Assembly: GCA_902521675.1 (NCBI GenBank)
Contig: CABYSP010000003.1
Span: 4,065-68,064 of the forward strand
Source of the DNA: an uncultured Pelagibacteraceae bacterium
GTDB taxonomy: Bacteria > Pseudomonadota > Alphaproteobacteria > Pelagibacterales > Pelagibacteraceae
Length of the DNA stretch: 64,000 nucleotides
Direction of reading: 5' to 3'
This document shows positions 1-9,508 of this stretch, piece after piece (the first letter of the stretch is position 1; the number at the start of each line of letters is the position of its first letter). The notes beneath the pieces were generated by a model. The model was not told the origin of the DNA and did no database searches. It saw nothing but the letters and a program-made list of their open reading frames with translations. Both the position numbers and the translations under genes were made by a program.

Positions 1-317
1 TTGGTGGAGATGCAGGTGCATTCACAGGTTTTATGATGCAAAGAGGAAGAATAATTATACTTGGGGACGTTGGAATTAACTTGGGTGACTCTATGTATGA
101 TGGGACAATTTTCGTAGGTGGAGAAATTGGTTCATATGGTAGTGATGCAGTAGATTCGGAATTAACACAAAGTGATCAAGATTGGCTTAAAAGAAAATTA
201 AAGGTTGCTGAGATTGGTGAAAATTTTGATGTAAGTAAAATGAAAAAAATTGTAGCAGGTAAAAAACTTTGGAATTATGATAATTTGGAACCTACAGAGA
301 AGAAGGGAGCAATTTAA
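1..317 (+). CDS. glxC: GXGXG-domain glutamate synthase-like protein (GlxC / N-methylglutamate synthase subunit MgsB), 5'-truncated
   Basis: Frame is open from the window edge (GGDAGAFTGFMMQRGRIIILGDVGINLGDSMYDG); GXGXG repeats; stop overlaps the glxD start (TAATG). Confidence 0.85.
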   Translation, partial: GGDAGAFTGFMMQRGRIIILGDVGINLGDSMYDGTIFVGGEIGSYGSDAVDSELTQSDQDWLKRKLKVAEIGENFDVSKMKKIVAGKKLWNYDNLEPTEKKGAI

Positions 318-1729
318 TGCCTAAGAAAAAAAGTAAAAAAGTTAAAAAGAATGGAAAAGGTGTTGGTGGAAAAGCAGATGTCTATGCGCACGAAGAAGGT
401 AAAAGAAATAAAAGTTTATTAGGACATAATGCTATCTTCACTCCAGAAGTAATAGACGACATTCACATAAAAGCTCAGTTAGGAAGATACAGAATGCGTG
501 GAATGGCATTAATGAAAAAAATTCCTACTTTTGATGATTTAGTGTTCTTGCCTGGAACGCTAACTAGATTTGTAATCGAAGGTTACAGAGAAAAATGTGA
601 AACAAAGACTGTAATCGGTCCAAGATGTGAAAACCCTATTGAGCTAGATATTCCAGTTTATATTACAGGAATGAGTTTTGGTGCGCTATCTTATGAAGCA
701 AAAACTGCTTTAGCAAGAGGAGCAACTATGGCAGGTAGTGCTACATGTTCTGGTGAAGGTGGAATGATACCTGATGAAAGAAGATATTCTGAAAAATGGT
801 ACTACCAATGTATTCAATCAAGATATGGTTTTAACCCACACCACGCACAGTTAGCAGATGGCATTGAAGTATTTATTGGACAGGGTCAAAAGGTTGGAAT
901 GGGTGGACACTTAATGGGTCAAAAAGTTACTGACCAAGTTGCTGAGATGAGATCATTACCATCTGGTATTGACCAAAGATCTCCAGCGAGACACCCTGAC
1001 TGGTTAGGACCAGATGATTTAGCTCTAAAAGTAGAGGAGTTAAGACAATTAACAAAAAATAAAGTTCCAATTCAATTAAAATTAGGTGCATCTAAAGTTT
1101 ATGATGATGTGCGTATGGCTGCAAAATGTGATCCTGACTCTATTTATTTAGACGGAATGGAAGGTTCTACTGGAGCTGGCCCGCATATTGCTGCTGCAAA
1201 TACTGGTATTCCTGGCATTGCTGCAATTCGAGAAGCGAGAAGAGCGATCGACGATGTTGGTAAAACTGGAAAAGTAACATTAATTTATGCTGGAGGAGTA
1301 AGAGACGGTGCAGACATGGCTAAAGCTTTAGCTCTTGGAGCTGATGCAATCGCTATTGGTACTGGTTCAATGATTGCATTAAACTGTAACAAAGATATCC
1401 CAGAAGCTGACTTTGAAAAAGAGATGGGAGTAAAAGCAGGTGAATGTTATCACTGCCATACAGGACGTTGTCCAGTTGGTGTTGCAACTCAAGATCCTAA
1501 ATTAAGAGCAAGATTAAACCCTGATGATGCAGCATTAAGAGTTTACAATTATCTTCACTCAATGACTTTGGAGGCTCAGCTATTAGCTAGAGCTTGTGGT
1601 AAAACTAATATCCACTCTTTAGAGCCAGAAGATTTAGCTGCTTTAACATCAGAAGCATCAGCATTAGCTAAAGTTCCACTGGCTGGAACTAACTACACTG
1701 TTGGTGTTGATAATTATCACAAAATATAG
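317..1729 (+). CDS. glxD: FMN-binding glutamate synthase family protein (GlxD / MgsC)
   Basis: MSFGALS, GEGG, GQGQKVGMGGHL, CxxCHTGRCPVGVATQDP motifs; context with glxC and glnT. Confidence 0.9.
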   Translation: MPKKKSKKVKKNGKGVGGKADVYAHEEGKRNKSLLGHNAIFTPEVIDDIHIKAQLGRYRMRGMALMKKIPTFDDLVFLPGTLTRFVIEGYREKCETKTVIGPRCENPIELDIPVYITGMSFGALSYEAKTALARGATMAGSATCSGEGGMIPDERRYSEKWYYQCIQSRYGFNPHHAQLADGIEVFIGQGQKVGMGGHLMGQKVTDQVAEMRSLPSGIDQRSPARHPDWLGPDDLALKVEELRQLTKNKVPIQLKLGASKVYDDVRMAAKCDPDSIYLDGMEGSTGAGPHIAAANTGIPGIAAIREARRAIDDVGKTGKVTLIYAGGVRDGADMAKALALGADAIAIGTGSMIALNCNKDIPEADFEKEMGVKAGECYHCHTGRCPVGVATQDPKLRARLNPDDAALRVYNYLHSMTLEAQLLARACGKTNIHSLEPEDLAALTSEASALAKVPLAGTNYTVGVDNYHKI

Positions 1730-1737
1730 AAATAGAT

Positions 1738-2148
1738 ATGCCAAAGAAAAAAAATAAAAAGTTATCAAAAGCAAAAGAAGTAAAGGGTCAATTAGGTAAA
1801 AAAAAAGAGACGGCTAGAGAAAAAATGATTGGTCAGTCTATTGGTTACAGATATGATGTTAATCTTTTGCCTGATTATAGCAAAATCACTCCTTTTCTAA
1901 AAAAATACATTGAGGCAATGGGATGGGATGATCTTAATTGGCTGGAAGATGTCCATATGGGTTATGAAGAAGATAGACCTGCAGTTTTCTGCAGAAATGC
2001 AAATGGTTGGGTTACTATTCCAAGTTCAATAAAGTTACCTAACAACCAACAAGATAGAGACATGATTGCAAGAGAGCTTTTGGTTAAGTTTCAAATGTCT
2101 CCAAAACATCCCCTTGTTGATTTAAAAAAAGCCTACTTAAAGTTTTAA
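1738..2148 (+). CDS. hypothetical protein in the N-methylglutamate cluster
   Basis: 136-aa ORF 8 nt after glxD on the same strand; Lys-rich N-terminus; family not recognised. Confidence 0.75.
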   Translation: MPKKKNKKLSKAKEVKGQLGKKKETAREKMIGQSIGYRYDVNLLPDYSKITPFLKKYIEAMGWDDLNWLEDVHMGYEEDRPAVFCRNANGWVTIPSSIKLPNNQQDRDMIARELLVKFQMSPKHPLVDLKKAYLKF

Positions 2149-2177
2149 TATTACAATCAATAGTTGATTATTTTTGT

Positions 2178-2204
2178 AAATCTGGTGTTCATAACTAGAT
2201 TTTT
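2178..2204 (+). terminator. possible intrinsic terminator or attenuator hairpin
   Basis: aaatctggt-gttcata-actagattt (9 bp, one G-U) followed by Ts; weak, AT-rich stem. Confidence 0.35.
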
Positions 2205-2207
2205 CTG

Positions 2208-2272
2208 CTCTCTTTATATTTGTAACGACTAATAAAATTTAATAGGCTTAAAATAAACAAATATGGAGAGAG
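2208..2272 (+). promoter_or_regulatory. long RBS-sequestering hairpin in the amt 5' leader
   Basis: ctctctttatatttgt (2208-2223) pairs over 16 bp (two G-U) with acaaatatggagagag (2257-2272), which contains the SD; ATG at 2276. Confidence 0.6.
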
Positions 2273-2275
2273 AAT

Positions 2276-3676
2276 ATGACTGATCAGTTAGGTGCTCTTA
2301 CCACGATATTTACAGAATTTTACTATTGGACAACAGTAGTACTAATGTTTTTAATTCACGTTGGTTTCTGTATGTATGAGGTCGGAGCTTCAAGATACAA
2401 ACACCATCAACATACTCTTATGAAAAACACAATGCTGATACCATTGGTAACAGTAACTTGGTTTTTATTTGGTTGGTGGATTTATTGGGCTTTTCCAACT
2501 GGACCTGGATTAGCTCCGTCAATAATGACAGAAAGTACAGGGCTTGTGCTAGGTGGAGGATTTGGAGGAAATGATCTTGCTAATCCTACAAATGCTCTTA
2601 TGGCAATCAATCTTAACGACCATATAATGGGTGTGTTCTGGGCAGCATTCCTTTTATTTTCATGGACCGCAGCTTCTATAGTTTCAGGCGCAGTTATTGA
2701 GAGAATAACAACTTTTGCATTTGGAGTTTTGGCAATTGCAATAGGATCTGTTTTCTGGTCAATAGATGCGTCATGGGGATGGCACTTTGATGGTTGGATG
2801 CTAAAAATATTAGGTTATCATGATGCATATGCATCAGGTGTAATTCACGCTATTGCTGGCGGATTTGCCTTAGGTGTGCTTATGGTTTTAGGTCCAAGAA
2901 TTGGAAAATTTTCATCAAGTGGTGAACCAAGAAACATTGGTCCAAGAAATCCATGGCTGGTAACAATTGGATTGTTTTTAATTTACACTGGGTTTTGGGG
3001 ATTTTATGCGGCTTGTAACGTTCCAATTTATGATCTTGGCCCAGAGTATGGCATGGAAGGTATATCATTCTGGACAGCAACAAATATATATTTAACGCCC
3101 ACTACTTTAAGTGGAATTACAATGAACTTTTTGATGTCATTGTCAGGAGGTTTATTAGCTGGATATGTTATTGCTAAAGGTGATCCTTTCTGGACCTACT
3201 CAAGTGGATTAGCTGGCATTATATGTGCATCTGCAGGAAACGACTTATATCATCCAATTCAAGCATTAGTTATTGGTATGATCGGAGTTGTTATTGCTTA
3301 CAAACTTCATTACTGGGTTGAACGAAAGTTCAAAATTGATGATGCTGTTGGAGCAGTAGCTGTACATGGTTATGCTGGTTTTGTAGGTCTTGTAATTTGT
3401 GGCTTCGTCTTAAACGGTTATCCTTCATCTGGTTACAGTGTTGGAGCTATGTTTGATGGAACGACTTATGCAACAATTAATCCATTAGGACAATTTATTG
3501 GAGCAATAATAATGTTCTTTGTTTTAGGATTAATACCTGGCTATATCATCGCTAAAGTTCTTAATGGTATGGGTAAATTAAGAATCCCGCGAGAAGTTGA
3601 AATAGCTGGACTTGACTATGAAATGATGGAAAGTGCTAAAGAAGATGAAAAGGCAGTTTCATCAGCAACCAGGTAA
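2276..3676 (+). CDS. amt: ammonium/methylammonium transporter (Amt family)
   Basis: Multi-TM protein; SIVSGAVIER, LGPRIGKF, KIDDAVGAVAVHG; twin His (GVIH, AVHG). Confidence 0.92.
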   Translation: MTDQLGALTTIFTEFYYWTTVVLMFLIHVGFCMYEVGASRYKHHQHTLMKNTMLIPLVTVTWFLFGWWIYWAFPTGPGLAPSIMTESTGLVLGGGFGGNDLANPTNALMAINLNDHIMGVFWAAFLLFSWTAASIVSGAVIERITTFAFGVLAIAIGSVFWSIDASWGWHFDGWMLKILGYHDAYASGVIHAIAGGFALGVLMVLGPRIGKFSSSGEPRNIGPRNPWLVTIGLFLIYTGFWGFYAACNVPIYDLGPEYGMEGISFWTATNIYLTPTTLSGITMNFLMSLSGGLLAGYVIAKGDPFWTYSSGLAGIICASAGNDLYHPIQALVIGMIGVVIAYKLHYWVERKFKIDDAVGAVAVHGYAGFVGLVICGFVLNGYPSSGYSVGAMFDGTTYATINPLGQFIGAIIMFFVLGLIPGYIIAKVLNGMGKLRIPREVEIAGLDYEMMESAKEDEKAVSSATR

Positions 3677-3687
3677 AGGAGAAAAAT

Positions 3688-3918
3688 ATGGCAACAGTAT
3701 CAAACTGGATAGATCATCTTAATAAACCAGCTGAAGAAGTTGGCGGATCGGTTTATCCTGGGGCTGGATCTAGTGAATTTATACTAGTTCTTGTGTTAAT
3801 TGCTGTGTGGATAGGATGGACTGTAATTACAAGCAAATCTGAAAGTGATGAGCTGAACGCATTATCCAGAAAAAGACACGGTGCTAACGACCATAAAAGT
3901 AATATTACTGAATGGTAA
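3688..3918 (+). CDS. small single-pass membrane protein downstream of amt
   Basis: SD aaggag upstream; one TM helix (FILVLVLIAVWIGWTVI); followed by a terminator. Confidence 0.75.
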   Translation: MATVSNWIDHLNKPAEEVGGSVYPGAGSSEFILVLVLIAVWIGWTVITSKSESDELNALSRKRHGANDHKSNITEW

Positions 3919-3928
3919 AACAAAATTT

Positions 3929-3959
3929 GGGCGCTACAAAATTGTAGCGCCCTTTTTTT
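3929..3959 (+). terminator. Rho-independent terminator
   Basis: gggcgctacaa-aa-ttgtagcgccc followed by T7. Confidence 0.9.
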
Positions 3960-3969
3960 AATAATTTAT

Positions 3970-4122
3970 ATGAGTGAAGATCAAAACAAACAACTAAGAC
4001 CAAGTAAAATGAGAGGTGTAGCTTTTCCAAAAGCAAAGTACGGAGTAATTCTAGCAATTATACTGATAATTGTAGTTAATTTTATTTATTATAAAGAAAC
4101 TATCTTTTCATTTTTCAAATAA
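3970..4122 (+). CDS. 50-aa membrane microprotein (not in ORF track)
   Basis: Manual translation MSEDQNKQLRPSKMRGVAFPKAKYGVILAIILIIVVNFIYYKETIFSFFK*; fills the gap before glnT; one TM helix. Confidence 0.6.
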   Translation: MSEDQNKQLRPSKMRGVAFPKAKYGVILAIILIIVVNFIYYKETIFSFFK

Positions 4123-4139
4123 TTGTGGTAGCCTTAGAA

Positions 4140-5465
4140 ATGGCTAAAAACTTATTTAAAATAGCAAAACAAAAAAAAATAAAATACTTTTTAATAAGTT
4201 TTGTTGATCTTTTTGGTGTGCTTAGATCAAAACTAGTTCCAGTTCATGCTATTAAAGAAATGCAAACTGCTGGAGCAGGATTTGCTGGTTTTGCAGCATG
4301 GCTAGATATGTCTCCTGCAGATAGTGATATGTTTGGTATTCCAGACCCAGACAGTCTAATTCAATTACCTTGGAATAAAGAAGTAGGATGGCTTGCATCT
4401 GATTTATGGATGGATGGTAAACCTGTAGAAGCTTCCCCAAGAGTAATGTTAAAAAATCAAATAAAGAAATTAAAAAAACAAAATTTAACAATGAAATCAG
4501 GTGTTGAATGTGAATACTTTTTAATCTCACCAAATGGAGAGTCAATTGCAGATCCAAGAGATACTCAATCTAAACCTTGTTACGACCAATCAGCGTTAAT
4601 GAGACGATATGATTTAATCAAAGAGATTTGTGATTGCATGATTGAGATGGGATGGGGTCCTTATCAGAATGATCATGAGGACGCTAATGGTCAATTTGAG
4701 ATGAATTGGGACTATGATGATTGTCTTAAAACGGCAGATAGACATACTTTTTTTAAATATATGGTAAAAACTATAGCTGAAAAACATGGTTTAAGAGCAA
4801 CCTTTATGCCAAAACCATTTGAAAAACTGACAGGTAATGGCTGTCATGCCCATATTTCAGTTTGGGATGGGAAAAAAAATAAATTTTTAGACAAATCAGA
4901 CAAACTTGGATTAAGTAAAATGGCTTATAATTTTTTAGGAGGGGTAATTAAAAATGCTTCTTCATTATCCGCCTTTTTTAATCCAACAATTAATAGCTAT
5001 CGGAGAATTAACGCACCACCAACCAAGTCTGGAGCATCTTGGTCACCAAGTAGTATATCTTATACAGGAAATAACAGAACTCATATGATAAGAATTCCAG
5101 ATCCTGGAAGGTTTGAATTAAGGTTGATGGATGGATCTGCAAATCCATATTTATTACAAGCAAGTGTTTTAGCGGCAGGGTTGGATGGATTAAAACATAA
5201 AATCAATCCAGGTAAACCTTTAAATTGTAACATGTACACAGATTACAATAAGTACCCAGACTTGCCAAAATTACCAAATGAACTTAAAGAATCACTTGAA
5301 CTATTAAAAAATAACAAGGAAATGAATATCGCTTTTGGAAAAGAAACAATTAATAGTTATATAAAACTTAGAAAATCTGAAATTAATGAATTTGATAATA
5401 AAGAAAACTTCGATAAGTCCAAACCTGTAACTCAATGGGAAAGACAAAATACTTTAGACTGTTAA
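4140..5465 (+). CDS. glnT: GlnT-type glutamine synthetase family / gamma-glutamylmethylamide synthetase (GmaS)
   Basis: GAGFAGFA, GVECEYFL, DHEDANGQFEMN, ATFMPKPF, GNNRTHMIR; ATG at 4140 preferred over GTG at 4125. Confidence 0.9.
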   Translation: MAKNLFKIAKQKKIKYFLISFVDLFGVLRSKLVPVHAIKEMQTAGAGFAGFAAWLDMSPADSDMFGIPDPDSLIQLPWNKEVGWLASDLWMDGKPVEASPRVMLKNQIKKLKKQNLTMKSGVECEYFLISPNGESIADPRDTQSKPCYDQSALMRRYDLIKEICDCMIEMGWGPYQNDHEDANGQFEMNWDYDDCLKTADRHTFFKYMVKTIAEKHGLRATFMPKPFEKLTGNGCHAHISVWDGKKNKFLDKSDKLGLSKMAYNFLGGVIKNASSLSAFFNPTINSYRRINAPPTKSGASWSPSSISYTGNNRTHMIRIPDPGRFELRLMDGSANPYLLQASVLAAGLDGLKHKINPGKPLNCNMYTDYNKYPDLPKLPNELKESLELLKNNKEMNIAFGKETINSYIKLRKSEINEFDNKENFDKSKPVTQWERQNTLDC

Positions 5466-5466
5466 A

Positions 5467-6600
5467 GTGAAGAGTTTAAAAAGTATTAAGAACTGGACAC
5501 TTACAAAATGTTTAAAAAATAATAATTTTAGTTTTAAAAGAAATTATGTTTTAAGATTTGTCACTTCATTACAATTATCAAACGCTTTTAAATCAATTTC
5601 CAGTTGGAAAAATTATAAAGCAACCCCACTATTAAAACTTGATAAATTACAAAAAAATTTTAAATTAAAAAACGTTTTTTATAAAGATGAATCTAAAAGA
5701 TTTCATTTAAAATCATTTAAAGCTTTAGGTGGTGCTTATGCTGTTGAAAAAATATCTAAAGGAAAAAAAAATATAATCATTTCCTCAGCAACTGCTGGTA
5801 ACCACGGAAGATCTGTTGCGTGGGGTGCTAAAAGGCTGGGGTTAAAATGTAAAATCTTTGTTAGTCAATACGTTAGCGATACAAGAGTTAAAGAAATTAA
5901 AAAATTTGGTGCTGAAGTAATAAGAGTTAAAGGAGATTATGAAAATTCACTCAACGAATGTAAAAAGTTATCAAAAAAAAATAATTGGAAAATTGTGCAA
6001 GACGTTTCAACAAAAGATTACAAATTAGTCCCTCAACTTACTATGGCAGGATATTCCATAATGATAAGAGAAATTTCTAAACAAACAAATCAATATATAA
6101 CACATATTTTTTTACAAGCTGGTGTTGGTGGTATGGCTGCTGGTGTAGTTGCTGGTGTTGCAAAATATTTTAAAAGAATTCCAAAGATAATAATTGTTGA
6201 GCCTGATAGAGCTGATTGTGTTCTTCAAAGCATAAAACACAATAAATTAAAAAAAATTAAAATTAAAAAGGAGAGCATCATGGGTGGCATGTCATGTAAT
6301 GAAATGTCATATATTCCTTGGCAAATATTAAAAAGAGCAAGCAATTGCTGTGTGTCTGTGAGTGATCGAAATATTGCTAGAACAGTAGCGATGTTAAAAG
6401 ACAAAAAGCTTTGTAAATATTCAATAATTGGTGGAGAGTGCTCTGCACCTGGAATTATAAGCCTGATAAGCGCTTGTAATAATACAAAGACTAAAAAACT
6501 GATGGAACTTGACGAAAATTCAAATGTTTTATTAATAGGATGCGAAGGTAATGCAGATGTAAAACTTTACAAACAACTGCTATCTAAAGGCAGAAAATAA
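5467..6600 (+). CDS. diaminopropionate ammonia-lyase (PLP, fold type II)
   Basis: KDESKRFHLKSFKALGGAYAV, ATAGNHGRSVAWGA, THIFLQAGVGGMAA. Confidence 0.8.
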   Translation: MKSLKSIKNWTLTKCLKNNNFSFKRNYVLRFVTSLQLSNAFKSISSWKNYKATPLLKLDKLQKNFKLKNVFYKDESKRFHLKSFKALGGAYAVEKISKGKKNIIISSATAGNHGRSVAWGAKRLGLKCKIFVSQYVSDTRVKEIKKFGAEVIRVKGDYENSLNECKKLSKKNNWKIVQDVSTKDYKLVPQLTMAGYSIMIREISKQTNQYITHIFLQAGVGGMAAGVVAGVAKYFKRIPKIIIVEPDRADCVLQSIKHNKLKKIKIKKESIMGGMSCNEMSYIPWQILKRASNCCVSVSDRNIARTVAMLKDKKLCKYSIIGGECSAPGIISLISACNNTKTKKLMELDENSNVLLIGCEGNADVKLYKQLLSKGRK

Positions 6601-6606
6601 ACTCAC

Positions 6607-8025
6607 ATGAAAAAAAATGCAATATTTTGGATCAGGGAAGATTTTAGAATTGAACATAATCCTGCACTATCTTTTGCGAGTCAAAATCACGATAACGTTA
6701 TTGCATTATTCATTTATAATAAAACTGATTTTGATAAAAAACGAGAAGCACAAAAATGGTGGCTATATAAATCTTTAGAGGAATTTAAATCAGAATTAAT
6801 TAAATACAAAATCAATCTTCAAATATTAGAGGGAGATGAGCTAGATGTATTATCAAAAATTAAAAAAAAAGATAATATTTCTGTCTATTGGAATAAGATA
6901 TATGAACCAGATGTAATTGCTAAAGGTAAAAAAATAAGAGACACTTTTTTAAAAAATGAAGTTGAGTTCAAATATTTTAAAGGAAATATTCTTAATGAGT
7001 TTCAAGAAGTAACTAAAAATGACGGTACACCTTTTAAAGTATTTAGCCCATTCTGGAGAAATGCTGAAGAGAAATATCTTAATCTACCTCCAAATAAAAA
7101 TTATGTTATTAAAAAAAAAATTAAATTAGTTTCTTTTTTTAAAAATAGTATAGAACCTAAAAATATTTTACCAAAAAAAAATTGGTATAAAAAATTTGAA
7201 AAATATTGGAAAGTTTCTGAAAATGAAGCTAAAAAAGTTCTTAATAATTTAATTGAAAAAAAAATTAAAGACTATGGAACAGCTAGGGATTACCCATCAA
7301 TCGAAGGCACATCAAAATTATCTCCGTACATAAAACACGGTCAAATTCACGTAAGTACAATTTGGAAAAAATGCAATGAAATAAAATCTAAAGGAGTTGG
7401 CTATAGGAAGTATATAAATGAATTAGGCTGGCGTGAATTTTCACATAGTCTAATTAATTATTTTCCAGAATTTTTAAAAGGTAACTATAGAAAAGAATTT
7501 GATAAATTTCCATGGGTAAAAAATGAGAAATTTTTAAAAGCATGGAAATCAGGAATGACAGGCTATCCTATCGTGGATGCTGGAATGAGAGAATTATATG
7601 AAACAGGATGGATGCATAACAGAATTCGAATGGTTGTAGGTTCCTTTCTTGTAAAACATTTAAGAATTAATTGGACGGAGGGTGAGAAACATTTCAGAAA
7701 TTGTTTATTAGATTTCAACAAAGCAAATAATGTGGCTCAATGGCAATGGGTTGCTGGTTGTGGAGCTGATGCTGCACCTTACTTTAGAATATTTAATCCA
7801 ATTTTACAGGGAGAAAAATTTGATAAGGAAGGCCTATATGTTAAAAAATGGGTTCCTGAGCTAAACAACGTTCCTAAAAAATTTATTCATAAACCATGGG
7901 AAATGGAGCTCAAATACCAGGAGGCAATAAAAACTATAATAGGTAAAGATTATCCCAAACCTATTGTGATTCATGAAAAAGCAAGAGCTGCAGCTTTAGA
8001 AGCTTTTCAATCACTTAAAAAATAA
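6607..8025 (+). CDS. phrB: deoxyribodipyrimidine photolyase
   Basis: TSKLSPY, WREF, TGYPIVDAGMREL, WMHNRIRM, GCGADAAPYFRIFNP. Confidence 0.95.
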   Translation: MKKNAIFWIREDFRIEHNPALSFASQNHDNVIALFIYNKTDFDKKREAQKWWLYKSLEEFKSELIKYKINLQILEGDELDVLSKIKKKDNISVYWNKIYEPDVIAKGKKIRDTFLKNEVEFKYFKGNILNEFQEVTKNDGTPFKVFSPFWRNAEEKYLNLPPNKNYVIKKKIKLVSFFKNSIEPKNILPKKNWYKKFEKYWKVSENEAKKVLNNLIEKKIKDYGTARDYPSIEGTSKLSPYIKHGQIHVSTIWKKCNEIKSKGVGYRKYINELGWREFSHSLINYFPEFLKGNYRKEFDKFPWVKNEKFLKAWKSGMTGYPIVDAGMRELYETGWMHNRIRMVVGSFLVKHLRINWTEGEKHFRNCLLDFNKANNVAQWQWVAGCGADAAPYFRIFNPILQGEKFDKEGLYVKKWVPELNNVPKKFIHKPWEMELKYQEAIKTIIGKDYPKPIVIHEKARAAALEAFQSLKK

Positions 8026-8030
8026 ACCAT

Positions 8031-8450
8031 CTATTCACCCATAAAATGGTGAATAATTGTTCTATTCTGGTGCTCTAAACGATGTTCAAACAGAAATAAA
8101 CCCTGCCATGTACCAAGTAATAATTCTCTGTCCTTAACACTGAGAGAGATTTGATTATTAGTTAACGCTGATTTAATATGAGCAGGCATATCATCTTTTC
8201 CCTCAGTCGTATGAACGTAAAGCTTGTTATCCATAGGGGCTAATTTATCAAAATAATTTATTAAATCTGATTGTACATCTGGATCTGCATTTTCTTGTAT
8301 AATTAATGAAGCGCTAGTGTGCTGAATGCTTAAATTAAGAATACCATTTTTAAATTTATTTTGACTAATCCAATGAATTGTATCATTGGTAAACTCATAT
8401 AACTTTTGACCGTTAGTATTAATTTGAAAATTATAGAATTTTTGTATCAT
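8031..8450 (-). CDS. yjbQ: YjbQ / UPF0047 family protein
   Basis: HTSASL.IQENADPDV, EGKDDMPAHIK, LGTWQG. Confidence 0.9.
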   Translation of the reverse strand: MIQKFYNFQINTNGQKLYEFTNDTIHWISQNKFKNGILNLSIQHTSASLIIQENADPDVQSDLINYFDKLAPMDNKLYVHTTEGKDDMPAHIKSALTNNQISLSVKDRELLLGTWQGLFLFEHRLEHQNRTIIHHFMGE

Positions 8451-9508
8451 TAATTATACTCTTTCGATGTAAGCTCATGTAAACGACTGATAGTACGGTC
8501 AAATGGTTTCTTTAACAATTTTGAAGAGGTAAATTGATCTAAATTTTGATTAGCTGTAACTGCCAATGAAATATTATTATCATAAATCACATCTAACAAA
8601 GTGATAAAGCGTTGTTGTTGATTTGAATTCAAATCATTAAATTGAGGTATTTGGTCTATTACCATAAATTTACAATTTTTAATAATTTCTAAATAATCTT
8701 CTGCTCCTAAATTTTGATCGCAAAGTTGATCAAAGTCAAATCTAACAATTCCTTCATAAAAGTTTTCTATTTTAAATTCTCTTCCCTTCACATTAATTGT
8801 TATATAAGAATGTTTTTTATCTTTTGTTATAGTTCTAAAAAATTTATTTATCTTAAAATTAGTTTCTTGATTAAGTGGAAAAAAATATCTTTGTTTCTGA
8901 TTATTATTAGATTTTCTGTAATCGTCCTCAATTTTTAATTCATACTCGATTGATTGATCTTCCATTATTTTTATAAAAGGTATAAATTGTTCACGCTGTA
9001 GACCCTCTTTATAAAGTTCTGAAATTTTAGTGTTTGAGGTAAGAATAATTTTAATGTCCTCTATAAAAATTTGTTCAAATAATTTTCCTAAAATCATAGC
9101 ATCGACAATATTTGTTACTTGGAATTCATCGAAATAAATTAATGAAACTTTTGATTTTAAATTTTTAACAAATTGATTGATTACATTTTCTTCATTTTTC
9201 TCTTTTTGTTTATGGACAAAATCATGAAAACCTAACATAAATTCATTAAAATGCTGTTTTAATTTTTTTTTGTCAAGATAATCATAAAAAAATTTTAAAA
9301 TCATTGTCTTACCAACACCTACACCACCATATAAATAAAATCCTTTTTTAGATTTTTTTTTGGAAAATAACTTTGAAAAAAAAGATTTGTAATTACTATT
9401 ATAGTAATCTTCTAATTTTTTTATTACTTTGATTTGATTAGGATTAACTTCTAAATTTTGATTTTCACAATAAGATATAAATTCTTTTTCAAATTTTTTT
9501 GACATCAA
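8450..9508 (-). CDS. zapE: AFG1/ZapE family ATPase
   Basis: GFYLYGGVGVGKT, FDEFQVTNIVDAMIL, GLQREQF, RTISRLHE. Confidence 0.9.
   Translation of the reverse strand: MMSKKFEKEFISYCENQNLEVNPNQIKVIKKLEDYYNSNYKSFFSKLFSKKKSKKGFYLYGGVGVGKTMILKFFYDYLDKKKLKQHFNEFMLGFHDFVHKQKEKNEENVINQFVKNLKSKVSLIYFDEFQVTNIVDAMILGKLFEQIFIEDIKIILTSNTKISELYKEGLQREQFIPFIKIMEDQSIEYELKIEDDYRKSNNNQKQRYFFPLNQETNFKINKFFRTITKDKKHSYITINVKGREFKIENFYEGIVRFDFDQLCDQNLGAEDYLEIIKNCKFMVIDQIPQFNDLNSNQQQRFITLLDVIYDNNISLAVTANQNLDQFTSSKLLKKPFDRTISRLHELTSKEYN

Noticed and set aside
7111-7120. A10 tract in phrB (and other A/T runs) as phase-variation or slippage sites
   Set aside because: Frames are intact and such runs are expected from Lys codons in a very AT-rich genome
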